The notes below the pieces were generated by a model, which was given only the letters and a program-made list of their open reading frames with translations, did no database searches and had not been told where the DNA came from. A stretch of 32,457 nucleotides of DNA from a virus. A program made the position numbers and the translations under genes. Positions 1 to 7,476 of this stretch are shown one piece after another. Location: IMG/VR virus record IMGVR_UViG_3300045988_169227, positions 1-32,457 of that record. One strand, written 5' to 3'. The stretch's first letter is position 1, and each line of letters starts with the position of its first letter.

Positions 1-27
1 TCTGAACTCTCGAAGCCGGGGCTTTAA
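1..27. repeat. 27-nt terminal direct repeat identical to 32431..32457, marking the circular closure overlap of the contig
   Basis: tctgaactctcgaagccggggctttaa occurs at both window ends. A minus-strand ORF reads in frame through the join. Confidence 0.9.
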
Positions 28-1057
28 TCGTTATATCAGCCGGAGCAACGAACGAGTTTTCCACAACGGGTACAACCGAAAGCGCGTCGATACACTCCGT
101 GCCGAAACGGTATTTCGGCTGAAGTCTTCTGCCCTGTCCGTCGGGTGAATCGATGACCTTCATCGCGGAGTTGAAAGCCAACGCACGGAGAGTACCGATA
201 GCGGAAACGACGAGCATTTGTACGCCGTCAAGTCTGCCCGGGGTTAAGCCGAGGTATCTTTCTGCGAGCGTCCATACAGCCTGCGAAGCCACGTAAACGG
301 GCATATTCGCAACTTCTCCGACGTAAGCCGTCGAAGCAACTTCGGGTCTGTCGTCTTCGGAAAGACCACCCTTGCGAAGTATGTTCTGCGCCGCGTTCGA
401 TCCGCCGATGATAACCTGACCTTTCTTCAAAAGCGCGGTTTTAACCTTGCTTCTGATAATAACGGCTCTTGCGCCGTCGGGGTAAGCGTCTACGCCCTCG
501 GCTTCGTTACCGTCGTCGAGTTTGCCGCCCGCTTCGATAAGCGCGCTAAGGTAATCGGGGTCTTGTGCGGCGAGCGTTATCCAATTCTTTTCAACCGCTC
601 CCGCTGCCACGTCGGTAAAGTTTTTACGCAACTGTTCAGCGATAGTCATCGCGTTGATGTTGCGGTTTACTCTGCCCGCAAGGTTGGCGAGTTCGGCTTC
701 CGCTACGTCGACGTTCATCATATCCTGCTGATTCGTCGGAATATCGATGTTTCTGTCGATAGTCGTGAGAATTTTAACGCCGTAGGCGGCGGTCGTCGAG
801 AAAGACGCGCCCTGTCCGTTAAACCAATTGCCGTTGATGTCTTCACCGATGTCACGCGCGTCAGAGCCGTCAGCCTTAACACGGATAACCTGAATTTCCG
901 CCGCGTCGGTGTCTTCCGAGAATTTCTCGGTTACCGCTTCGTTCGGACGGGTAAAAATGTTCTGAAAAATGTTTTCTTTAACTCTCGAGGACATTATCCT
1001 TTTAAGAGTTGCCTCGTTCACGAACGGGGTCTTGATGTCAGCAAATAAACCTGCCAT
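1..1057 (-). CDS. major capsid protein, N-terminal ~352 codons; the gene continues across the circular junction into 32210..32430
   Basis: ATG at 1057 is preceded by an AAGGAGAC SD. The minus-strand frame stays open down to nt 1. It is absent from the ORF track because it has no in-window stop. It follows the scaffold gene in the canonical portal-MuF-scaffold-capsid order. Confidence 0.75.
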   Translation of the reverse strand, partial: MAGLFADIKTPFVNEATLKRIMSSRVKENIFQNIFTRPNEAVTEKFSEDTDAAEIQVIRVKADGSDARDIGEDINGNWFNGQGASFSTTAAYGVKILTTIDRNIDIPTNQQDMMNVDVAEAELANLAGRVNRNINAMTIAEQLRKNFTDVAAGAVEKNWITLAAQDPDYLSALIEAGGKLDDGNEAEGVDAYPDGARAVIIRSKVKTALLKKGQVIIGGSNAAQNILRKGGLSEDDRPEVASTAYVGEVANMPVYVASQAVWTLAERYLGLTPGRLDGVQMLVVSAIGTLRALAFNSAMKVIDSPDGQGRRLQPKYRFGTECIDALSVVPVVENSFVAPADITIKAPASRVQ

Positions 1058-1089
1058 TGTAGTAAGTCTCCTTTTTGTTTAATCTCGTT

Positions 1090-1692
1090 TTATCTGCGGT
1101 ACGAGTTACCGTAATAACTGCGCATTATACGGTCATCTTCCGACAATGCGTCGTTTTCGACCTTTTCGGTCGAGTTTGCCTTAATGCCGCCAAAGTCTTG
1201 ATTTTCGAGTTTTTCTAAAACCTTATGCAGCGTCTCTTCGAGTGCCGCTATACGCGCGTTTAACGCTTCGTGAACTTCGTCTTTGGGGTTTTCCATAGTA
1301 CCGTCGCCGGGCGCGGGCTGTTTGTCGGCTTCGACTGCAACTTCTTCCGTCGGCTTTTCGGCTTCGGGAGTAGCGGTGGGGTCGTCTTCGAGTTCTTCGT
1401 CCTTTTCGTCTTCTTCGGTTTCTCCCTCGCTCTCGTCCACTCTGTCTTTCGCAGTCTGACTGTCTTCGTTGCCGTCGAGTTTTTCCTGCTCGCCTACGCT
1501 TTCGTCCACGCGGTCTTTTTCGGTCTGCTCGTCTGCTCCTTTCTCGGCTACGTCTTTCTCGGCTTCGGCGACTTGTTCTTTGGTCTCTTCGGCGGGCTTG
1601 TTTATCCCGTCAAGGACTTTCGCCTTATCTTCGTCGGACAACTGATTAAAGAGTTTCAAAACTTCTTCGGCAGACTTCTTAAAAAGTGCCAT
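1090..1692 (-). CDS. scaffolding protein (200 aa, very acidic)
   Basis: D/E/K-rich low-complexity protein directly upstream of the capsid gene. An AGGAGG SD lies 9 nt before the ATG at 1692; the track start at 1725 is an in-frame upstream extension. Confidence 0.6.
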   Translation of the reverse strand: MALFKKSAEEVLKLFNQLSDEDKAKVLDGINKPAEETKEQVAEAEKDVAEKGADEQTEKDRVDESVGEQEKLDGNEDSQTAKDRVDESEGETEEDEKDEELEDDPTATPEAEKPTEEVAVEADKQPAPGDGTMENPKDEVHEALNARIAALEETLHKVLEKLENQDFGGIKANSTEKVENDALSEDDRIMRSYYGNSYRR

Positions 1693-1899
1693 ATTGTTGT
1701 TACCTCCTGTTTTTTCTTCTTGCAAGAATTGCGAGACTTCTGCGCCGCTCTCCGTCTTTATGGGTGTCTATTGCCGCTCCTCACAGCAAAGCCTGCCCGA
1801 CCGCAATGCGGTGTTCGTCTCTATCCGTTTTACGCCCGTTTACGGCGTTTATATAAAAGGTGGACGCTATCTCTATATAGCCCTGCCCTTCGTATTAAG

Positions 1900-2961
1900 T
1901 TAAATTATCCGTATACGCGATTTATAATACGCTCGCCCGTTTGCTTTTGAATACTCTATATATTCGTTCGTGAGCCGTTTATACGCCGTTACAGCCGTTT
2001 TATAGCCTTGTTCGTCGTTGCCCCGTTTCTCTATCGCTTCAACCTTATAACGCCGTATATCGCGCTCATACTCGCGCTGACGTTCGGTTATGGCGTACTC
2101 TTTCTTTTCTTCCGCTTCGGTTTGCTTTCCAAACCGTAACCCGTCTTCGTATTCAACGAGATAATGACGGCAGTTAAAACCGAGTAAGCCGTTTTTATAG
2201 GTCTTCCCGCTCTTCGTAGTATAGTATATATCGGTGGCGTTTTCAAGCGGCTGATAACTTCGTCCGTCGCTCGTTGTTCCGCTCGTGCCGTCAAGGCTGT
2301 ACACCTTACCCTGCCACGGTCGGCAACGCTCCGAGCAATCGGTATGCGTCGAGCATATAACGAGCCTTGCCCCGCTTCCTTTTAAGTCGGCAATATCCGT
2401 TAAATGCTTTTCATAGCGCACTTGCATTTCGGCTTTATTCCGTAACGAGTTACGCCCCGATATGTCGTCGGGGTCTCGCGCCGTCTGATTGATAAGGTTA
2501 TCCACCGCCGCCCGAACTTTCTTTTTCACGTCTTCGGTAAACTCTTTAAGCGGTACGCCGTAAACGTTCGCTTTCGGCATATCTACGTAATCGCCGCTTA
2601 TCGTTATGCCCTCGCGTTTAAGGCTTTGTATAGGCGTTTTTCGCCGCGTTTCTTTTGCGTTAAGCAATTCGACGAGCGACGGCAAAATAGCGAAATAAAA
2701 CGGCAATACGCGCCGCAGTTCGTTATATTGAGCGTTATAGAACGACACGAGCGAAACTGCCGCGTTCTTTTTGAGCGTATCGCTTGTCAATTCCTTTACT
2801 GCCCGGGCGATTATCCGTTTAACCTTTTCATCGATTAAGAATTTCGGTGTCTTTCGCAAATACTCGTTCTTGACCGTCAGCCGTATTTCCGTCTCCGCGT
2901 CCGTTATCGTCTGCGCTTGCAGATTCAAGGCGCGGCGCATTATCTTCGGCTTTTTCGTCAT
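1900..2961 (-). CDS. minor head / head-morphogenesis protein, phage Mu F / SPP1 gp7-like
   Basis: Positioned right after the portal gene. The motifs CSERCRPWQGKVYS and GFNCRHYL are typical of the Mu F family. A GGAGGG SD lies 7 nt before the ATG. Confidence 0.75.
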   Translation of the reverse strand: MTKKPKIMRRALNLQAQTITDAETEIRLTVKNEYLRKTPKFLIDEKVKRIIARAVKELTSDTLKKNAAVSLVSFYNAQYNELRRVLPFYFAILPSLVELLNAKETRRKTPIQSLKREGITISGDYVDMPKANVYGVPLKEFTEDVKKKVRAAVDNLINQTARDPDDISGRNSLRNKAEMQVRYEKHLTDIADLKGSGARLVICSTHTDCSERCRPWQGKVYSLDGTSGTTSDGRSYQPLENATDIYYTTKSGKTYKNGLLGFNCRHYLVEYEDGLRFGKQTEAEEKKEYAITERQREYERDIRRYKVEAIEKRGNDEQGYKTAVTAYKRLTNEYIEYSKANGRAYYKSRIRII

Positions 2962-4561
2962 AGTCTAACCCTCCGAAATAATCTTTTTCGTTCCACGGCA
3001 TATTGTTACTCTCGCTCTCTTCCTTGCAACGTTTATATTCTTCTTCGACCTGTTCGGGGTCGTCGTCGATATTAAACATTTGTACGGCTTTCCACTTCGA
3101 GCAATACCCGTCGCGGATAGCGTTTCCGAGTATCTCCGTGAGCGTTAAGCGGTTCGTAAGACCTGCAGACGACCAACGAAGCACGACCGTATCTTCATAG
3201 CCGTAAAAGGTCGTTACGGTTTTTAAGAGCCTGTTTATCGGTCTTTCTATAATCGCCCTTTCGCTGTTGACGTACTCTGCCGTTTCGTTTTCTTCCGTCG
3301 ATACTTCTCTTGCCGTTCTTGCCGTGTTATCCGCAAGGAACGAAGCAATCGTAGACGGGTTCAAACCCGAGTTTATCGCTATATCCTGTATCAACCTATC
3401 GCGGATAGCCGTCCAATCGCCGGAGCGAAGTTCAAACTGTATCGGCACAGGTTTCTGATTTTCAGGGTTCTGCGAGTTGTATTGATTGTAAATAAAGTCG
3501 TCAAGCCCGCTGTTATAGTTTCCGCCCGTTGCGCTGTTCATATATTTTGACAGAAGCACTCTGCCCCTGCCGAGGTACATATCCGTGTTTGCGCAAGCGT
3601 GATAAAAGTCCCACTCCATAAGATAGGAGATTAAAGGCGCAAGGAAACTCTCGCCGAGTGGCACTTCGGGTAAACCGCTTATGCCTTCCGACCATTTTAC
3701 GATTTCGCAACCGAGGTTTGTGAACGGTAACAATGTCGGCGAATCAAATCTCACGGTCGGATACGCTTTACTTATCGTGCGTTTAACAGCCGTAGGCAAT
3801 TGCTTAAACGGCAATCTTCCCGACGGCGATTGCGTAACGTAATTGCCGTTCGTAATGCTTCCGCGCTGTTTATGTATGACGAACTCGCTCACGGGCGCAT
3901 TATGTATTGTCTTGCCGTCAAAGCCCGTATAATCGGTGTAGTGCCTGTACTCGACGAGATAATAACTGTCGTACGCTTTCCCTTCTTCGTTGGTAACGCC
4001 AAAATCGGAGAAACAATGCAGGAAGCACTTTACTTCGATCACTTCGTCGTTGTTGCCTATAACGGGAATAAAACTATCGAGCCGTAGGGCTTCTGCCCAT
4101 AATTGCCCGTTAGACTTATTCAACTTCAAAAGCGACGTTCCCGCCTGCGCGGCGTAATTTATCGCTTTCGTTGCTACCGTTTCAAAGTTCGAACTTACGC
4201 CCCAATCTGACGAGATAAACTTTAACGCCTTGTTGAGTTTATCGTTCGTTTTATCTTTGCCCGCGTTCTTAAACATAAGGCGACCGCCGATGACTTTGCG
4301 TGCAATCTTATTGACGAGTGCCGCACCTATTCGCGTTGACGGTATGCCTTGCTCGGCGTTATGGAAGTAAGGAACGTAGCCGTCATACCACCATAACCAA
4401 TTTTTGACGAAGCGGTTCATAAAGTCGTAATACTCGGGTGAAATCATCGAGTAAAAAGTTGCGCGACCTATAAACGAGTACGTCCAATAATTATTGAAAG
4501 CCGCCTGCCGCAACCACGGTGCAACTTCCTTACTTACGTTTATGTTTTGTTCTTCGCTCAT
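2828..4561 (-). CDS. portal protein (577 aa)
   Basis: Assigned by size and by position immediately downstream of terL. An AAGGAG SD lies 8 nt before the ATG. It has an acidic C-terminal tail. Confidence 0.7.
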   Translation of the reverse strand: MSEEQNINVSKEVAPWLRQAAFNNYWTYSFIGRATFYSMISPEYYDFMNRFVKNWLWWYDGYVPYFHNAEQGIPSTRIGAALVNKIARKVIGGRLMFKNAGKDKTNDKLNKALKFISSDWGVSSNFETVATKAINYAAQAGTSLLKLNKSNGQLWAEALRLDSFIPVIGNNDEVIEVKCFLHCFSDFGVTNEEGKAYDSYYLVEYRHYTDYTGFDGKTIHNAPVSEFVIHKQRGSITNGNYVTQSPSGRLPFKQLPTAVKRTISKAYPTVRFDSPTLLPFTNLGCEIVKWSEGISGLPEVPLGESFLAPLISYLMEWDFYHACANTDMYLGRGRVLLSKYMNSATGGNYNSGLDDFIYNQYNSQNPENQKPVPIQFELRSGDWTAIRDRLIQDIAINSGLNPSTIASFLADNTARTAREVSTEENETAEYVNSERAIIERPINRLLKTVTTFYGYEDTVVLRWSSAGLTNRLTLTEILGNAIRDGYCSKWKAVQMFNIDDDPEQVEEEYKRCKEESESNNMPWNEKDYFGGLDYDEKAEDNAPRLESASADDNGRGDGNTADGQERVFAKDTEILNR

Positions 4562-4564
4562 ATT

Positions 4565-5905
4565 TTAATCTCCTTGATAATAAGCGCTCATAGTCGGTGT
4601 CTCCCACAAATTGAACGGGTTGTTATAATAAGTGTTTAACGCGTATCGGAACGCGTCTGCGCAGTCGTTCGGCACGGAATCGTCATACTTTTTGTTGTCT
4701 TCGTCCCATATCATACTCTCAAGGTCAATAACGAGTTGGTCGTCACCCGGCACGAACTCGTTTTTGATATAGTTGAAATACCCGCCGAAGTCTAATAAAC
4801 AAACGGCTTTTCTGCCTAACGCGTTATTAACAACGTCGGTCGTTTGGAGTATGTCTTTTTTCGTGAATTTCTGCACATTATATTCGGACGGCAACCTATA
4901 TGCCAAAGTCAAAACTAAGTCCGCCGCCGCGCAATCTATCGGCATAACGAACTCTACGCCGTTTTCTCTGAATTTATATTTATCTTGTAAATCTTGCAGA
5001 TAACGCTGTATACACGGCACTAACTGCTCGTTAGACAACTGCCCGTTTATTTTCGGGTTGTGGTAGAACATTTCGAGCCTTACCGCTTGCCCGTTATCCA
5101 TTATAGCGAGCGGAACTAACGCCGTACTGTCGTTCGTATTCGCGCCGTCGCCGCCGATTATAACGTAGCGTATTCTATGCCGCCCGTAACGCCGAGCAAA
5201 CTCCGCAGGTTGCAGGAAGTGCGTTTCGCGCCTGAATAACGGGTAAACCAAGCCTTCCGCTTTTACCCAATTACCGAGAATCCATTTATCAAAGTATATC
5301 GTGCCGCGATACTCGTTCTCGAGAGCCGTGATAAATGATTCCGGTAAAAAAGTATTGTCGTATATTGTAAAATGCTCGTTATACGTATGCACTTTATCGT
5401 TGTCGATATGCTTTTTAACGAAATGCGACGGGCTTTCGGGGTTGCACGTCGCGTCGCATTTACTGTCTTCACGGTCAAGTCGTGATTTCAGCATTTGAAA
5501 GAAATTCTCGGGATAGGTTGTCAATTCGTCGCAATACGCATAACCAAGCCCTAACCCCTGTATCTTTGTTATTGCCCGTTCGTCGTTTGCGCCGACGCAA
5601 TAGCAGGACTTGCCGAATATCTTAATCATTCGATTGCCTGCCATATCCGATTTAACTTCGCCGATATACTTCTCGCCGAAAATCTTTCTCATTTCGGCGA
5701 AAACGTTTCTTTCGAGCGTTGCCAAAGTCTTACCGCAAAAAAGGATATTATCGTCGTAATGCTCTTTAAGCCGTAACATAACGAGAAAATAACTGACGTG
5801 CGTTTTCCCGCTACGAGTTGCGCCTGATAGGATATTCCACCGCTTTGTGGCACAGCGAAGCACTTTCTTTTGTTTCTCGGTAAAACCCTTAAAATCTCTA
5901 TCCAT
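4565..5905 (-). CDS. terL: terminase large subunit (PBSX/Terminase_3-like)
   Basis: Walker A GATRSGKTH near the N-terminus and a Walker B-like GYAYCDE. It is 446 aa and is followed directly by the portal gene. Confidence 0.85.
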   Translation of the reverse strand: MDRDFKGFTEKQKKVLRCATKRWNILSGATRSGKTHVSYFLVMLRLKEHYDDNILFCGKTLATLERNVFAEMRKIFGEKYIGEVKSDMAGNRMIKIFGKSCYCVGANDERAITKIQGLGLGYAYCDELTTYPENFFQMLKSRLDREDSKCDATCNPESPSHFVKKHIDNDKVHTYNEHFTIYDNTFLPESFITALENEYRGTIYFDKWILGNWVKAEGLVYPLFRRETHFLQPAEFARRYGRHRIRYVIIGGDGANTNDSTALVPLAIMDNGQAVRLEMFYHNPKINGQLSNEQLVPCIQRYLQDLQDKYKFRENGVEFVMPIDCAAADLVLTLAYRLPSEYNVQKFTKKDILQTTDVVNNALGRKAVCLLDFGGYFNYIKNEFVPGDDQLVIDLESMIWDEDNKKYDDSVPNDCADAFRYALNTYYNNPFNLWETPTMSAYYQGD

Positions 5906-6290
5906 TGTCGCCGCCCCTTGCTATATCCGATATAGCCGCGCACAATTCGTCGAGTTTCTCCCGGTCGTTTCCGTCGTCCTGCGGTGCTTTACGCTCTAAC
6001 GAAGTCATCAAGAGTTGCGCCGCTTTCGTCCTTTCTTTACGTTCTTCCGCCCCGTCTCTCATCGTTTCGGATAAATACTCGTAGACCTCTTCTAATGTGG
6101 CTATACGGCTTGATTTCATCTTTTCCGTGAGTTCGGCAAGGTATTTCTGAATTTCAGGTTTCTTCAAGTTCTCCTGACCGATTGAATAAGCCGTCTTCTG
6201 ACTATACCCTGCTTTCTTCGCGCTCTCCGTTGCATTGAAACTCGCGGCGTAATACTCACAAAAGGCTTTCTGACGCTCGTTAAGTTTCAT
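5898..6290 (-). CDS. terS: terminase small subunit (Terminase_2-like)
   Basis: N-terminal LNERQKAFCEYY...AKKAGYSQKTAYSIG HTH, characteristic of small terminases. It overlaps the terL start by 8 nt. Confidence 0.8.
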   Translation of the reverse strand: MKLNERQKAFCEYYAASFNATESAKKAGYSQKTAYSIGQENLKKPEIQKYLAELTEKMKSSRIATLEEVYEYLSETMRDGAEERKERTKAAQLLMTSLERKAPQDDGNDREKLDELCAAISDIARGGDNG

Positions 6291-6328
6291 TTTTGCAAAA
6301 TCTCTCCTTTTCTTGTTATTTTACGCAT

Positions 6329-6354
6329 AAAAAAAGCACCGTTACGGCGGTGCT
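6329..6354 (-). terminator. rho-independent terminator ending the alarmone-hydrolase cassette
   Basis: Minus-strand RNA is AGCACCG-CCGUAA-CGGUGCU followed by U7. It lies 17 nt downstream of the stop at 6371. Confidence 0.8.
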
Positions 6355-6370
6355 TTCTATTGTTAAGTTG

Positions 6371-6808
6371 TTAGTTTTTCAAAAAGGCTATCTCTTTCGG
6401 ATATTCTTCAAGTATTCGCCTTTTCATTTTCTCCGTCGGGTTCTGAATACGGCTTAAATCGCTGTTATGTTCCAAGTCTGCAATCTTCACCACCCTTGCT
6501 ATCGGGTTATCCTTACACCGCTCTATATACTTCCAACGCGCCGCGCCGTTTGATTCGGCGGGTTTACGCCGCGTTACCGCGTCTACCGCTTCAACGATAT
6601 AATCGGGGAAACCTTCCTTTCTTAAATCGTCGAGCGTCATCGGCGTATCTTCTATTACGTCGTGGAGTAAGGCTACGACCTTTTCGTCGTTCGTATTGCA
6701 TTTTAACGCTACCGTTATCGGGTGGAAAACGTAATCGAGACCGTCTTTACCCACAACGCCTTTATGCGCCTTTATCGCTACTTCTAACGCTTTTCTGATT
6801 AAATCCAT
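6371..6808 (-). CDS. stand-alone RelA/SpoT-type HD hydrolase (small alarmone hydrolase, SAH)
   Basis: Carries HKGVVGKDGLDYVFHP, ALLHDVIEDT and KIADLEHN, which match the (p)ppGpp-hydrolase HD_4 signature. It is only 145 aa and has no synthetase domain. An AAGGAG SD lies 6 nt upstream. Confidence 0.8.
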   Translation of the reverse strand: MDLIRKALEVAIKAHKGVVGKDGLDYVFHPITVALKCNTNDEKVVALLHDVIEDTPMTLDDLRKEGFPDYIVEAVDAVTRRKPAESNGAARWKYIERCKDNPIARVVKIADLEHNSDLSRIQNPTEKMKRRILEEYPKEIAFLKN

Positions 6809-6817
6809 AGTATCTCC

Positions 6818-7147
6818 TTAGTCCGCAGCATACCACATACCGCTATCATATCCGCTTGCTCTTAAACTTTCGCTAAAAGCCTCCGCCATCCTCGAACGAC
6901 GGTTAGCCTGCCCGCTCGTATAACCTATATGCCACGGTCTAAAATATCTGCCCGTGAATTTATAACAATTTACGCCCGCAATATCGCAAGCCTTTTTTAC
7001 GTCAGCCTCGCGCCACCCCGCAAGCCTTACCGTTGCGCTATCAAAGTTGCAAGTTCCGCCGTCTTCACTATCGACATATCTCATTGCTTCTTTTTTTGCT
7101 TTCGCTAACGCTTTTGCCAATTCTTCAACTCTCGATAATTTTTTCAT
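6818..7147 (-). CDS. hypothetical protein (109 aa) co-transcribed with the SAH
   Basis: ATG at 7147 lies 8 nt after an AAGGAGGG SD; the track start at 7153 is a TTG. Its stop codon overlaps the SD of the SAH gene. Motifs DGGTCNFD and RPWHIGYTSGQANRRS have no function I can assign. Confidence 0.65.
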   Translation of the reverse strand: MKKLSRVEELAKALAKAKKEAMRYVDSEDGGTCNFDSATVRLAGWREADVKKACDIAGVNCYKFTGRYFRPWHIGYTSGQANRRSRMAEAFSESLRASGYDSGMWYAAD

Positions 7148-7177
7148 AATCAATGCCCTCCTTTCGATTACAGTTAC

Positions 7178-7206
7178 ATTATATGCTTATGTATACGAAT
7201 TGTCAA
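7178..7206 (-). promoter_or_regulatory. perfect-consensus sigma-70/A promoter, TTGACA-17-TATAAT
   Basis: The minus strand reads TTGACAattcgtatacataagcaTATAAT, with -35 at 7201-7206 and -10 at 7178-7183. It sits in the 100-nt gap upstream of the 109-aa gene. Confidence 0.7.
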
Positions 7207-7254
7207 CTATTTTAAGGCAATTATTGAAAAAATTATAAAAAGTTTTTTCGTAGG

Positions 7255-7476
7255 TCAGTCCGTCGTTAAGTGCATTACGGCGTATTCGGGAAACTTCTTG
7301 AAACAATCAAGGTCATTTTCGTACGCGGAATATATCCCGCCATACTCTAATACGAAATCGATTTGATTTTCAGGGCAGCCCGCTTTTAGTAAGTTTTCTC
7401 TCGCGACCGCCGCAACTTCGTCATAGGGCTTACCGTAGTGTTCTTCAACAAATCTCTTATCTTCATCGGTTATCAT
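7255..7476 (-). CDS. hypothetical small acidic protein (73 aa)
   Basis: ATGA overlap with the stop of the upstream kinase gene. A GGGAGGT SD is present. The protein is D/E-rich. Confidence 0.6.
   Translation of the reverse strand: MITDEDKRFVEEHYGKPYDEVAAVARENLLKAGCPENQIDFVLEYGGIYSAYENDLDCFKKFPEYAVMHLTTD

Noticed and set aside
563-1950. Plus-strand ORFs 563..1048 (161 aa), 1270..1950 (226 aa) and 1694..1903. The same applies to the other plus-strand ORFs across the window, for example 14650..15168, 20893..21249, 24805..25296, 26822..27181 and 29844..30191.
   Set aside because: All of them lie antisense to well-supported minus-strand genes. They lack SD sequences and have F/L/R/S/C-rich junk-like compositions typical of the reverse frame of K/E/D-rich genes. 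No plus-strand promoter-gene-terminator unit is evident.
2088-2294. Nested minus-strand ORFs inside larger genes: 2088..2294, 3513..3710, 5263..5478, 5689..5943, 9950..10135, 11427..11675 and 21505..21696.
   Set aside because: They are alternative frames of strongly supported genes, have no SD, and are R/G/S-rich or otherwise atypical in composition.
7148-7153. Longer N-terminal extensions given in the ORF track, with starts at 1725, 7153, 11379, 14738, 15375, 15932, 19295, 20197, 20658, 23250, 28762, 29273 and 29628.
   Set aside because: Several use TTG or GTG codons without an SD, or they overlap the preceding gene or a promoter. In each case an internal ATG with a canonical AAGGAG-type SD 5-10 nt upstream gives a tidier, non-overlapping gene.
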